A DNA stretch of 64,000 nucleotides from Macrostomum lignano. Taxonomy: Eukaryota. A program made the translations under genes and the position numbers. Location: positions 499,876 to 563,875 of the forward strand of contig NIVC01000507.1 in the NCBI GenBank assembly GCA_002269645.1. The letters are read 5' to 3'. Below the pieces are notes generated by a model that saw only the letters and a program-made list of their open reading frames with translations, made no database searches and had not been told where the DNA came from. Below are positions 63,555 to 64,000 of this stretch, piece after piece (positions within the stretch are counted from its first letter, which is position 1; every line of letters begins with the position of its first letter).

Positions 63555-64000
63555 ACTGTCTATAGTGACAATTTGACTGTCAATCAGTGACAATTTGACT
63601 GTCAATCAGTGACAATTTGACTGTCAATCAGTGACAATTTGACTGTCAATCAGTGACAATTTGACTGTCAATCAGTGACAATTTGACTGTCAATCAGTGA
63701 CAATTTGACTGTCAATCAGTGACAATTTGACTGTCAATCAGTGACAATTTGACTGTCAATCAGTGACAATTTGACTGTCAATCAGTGACAATTTGACTGT
63801 CAATCAGTGACAATTTGACTGTCAATCAGTGACAATTTGACTGTCATCAGTGACAATTTGACTGTCTCAATCAGTGACAATTTGACAATTTGTGACAAAT
63901 TTACTGTCAATCAATGACAATTTTGACAATTTGTGACAATTTTACTGTCAGTCAGTGTCAATTTGACATTTGTGACAATCAGTGACAATTTTGACAATTT
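63555..64000. repeat. 22-bp tandem repeat (GACAATTTGACTGTCAATCAGT) in CCDC6 intron 2
   Basis: About 14 clean copies, then degenerate ones. Confidence 0.95.

Overview
Eukaryotic (metazoan) genomic DNA with AT-rich introns, GC-richer exons and many tandem repeats. The style suggests a free-living flatworm such as Macrostomum, but that is inference only. I rebuilt six spliced protein-coding genes by hand from GT-AG junctions and reading phase: (1) Hsp110/HSPA4-family chaperone (minus strand, runs off the left edge); (2) SRSF1-like SR splicing factor (plus strand, head-to-head with Hsp110); (3, 4) two tandem paralogues on the minus strand (27071-15244 and 36296-28728), each PH domain + Pro/Gln-rich linker + three SH2-like domains, which is the most unusual thing in the window; (5) EEIG1/FAM102-like NT-C2 protein (minus); (6) CCDC6 (plus, runs off the right edge, with an apparent 1-nt frameshift). 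Mobile elements: a young 5'-truncated RNase H-bearing LINE with intact ORF2, a target-site duplication (TSD) and a UAAUG stop-start junction; a disrupted Penelope-like element with a hammerhead-like motif; several hAT-type MITEs with 8-bp TSDs; a piggyBac-like MITE; a CORE-type SINE fragment; and a decayed LINE. A 20-22-bp minisatellite of about 5.8 kb in total spans 47.5-54.2 kb, and almost every intron of the SH2 genes holds a different tandem repeat. No rRNA, tRNA or CRISPR array is supported. All coordinates were counted by eye and may be off by a few nt; no database searches were run.
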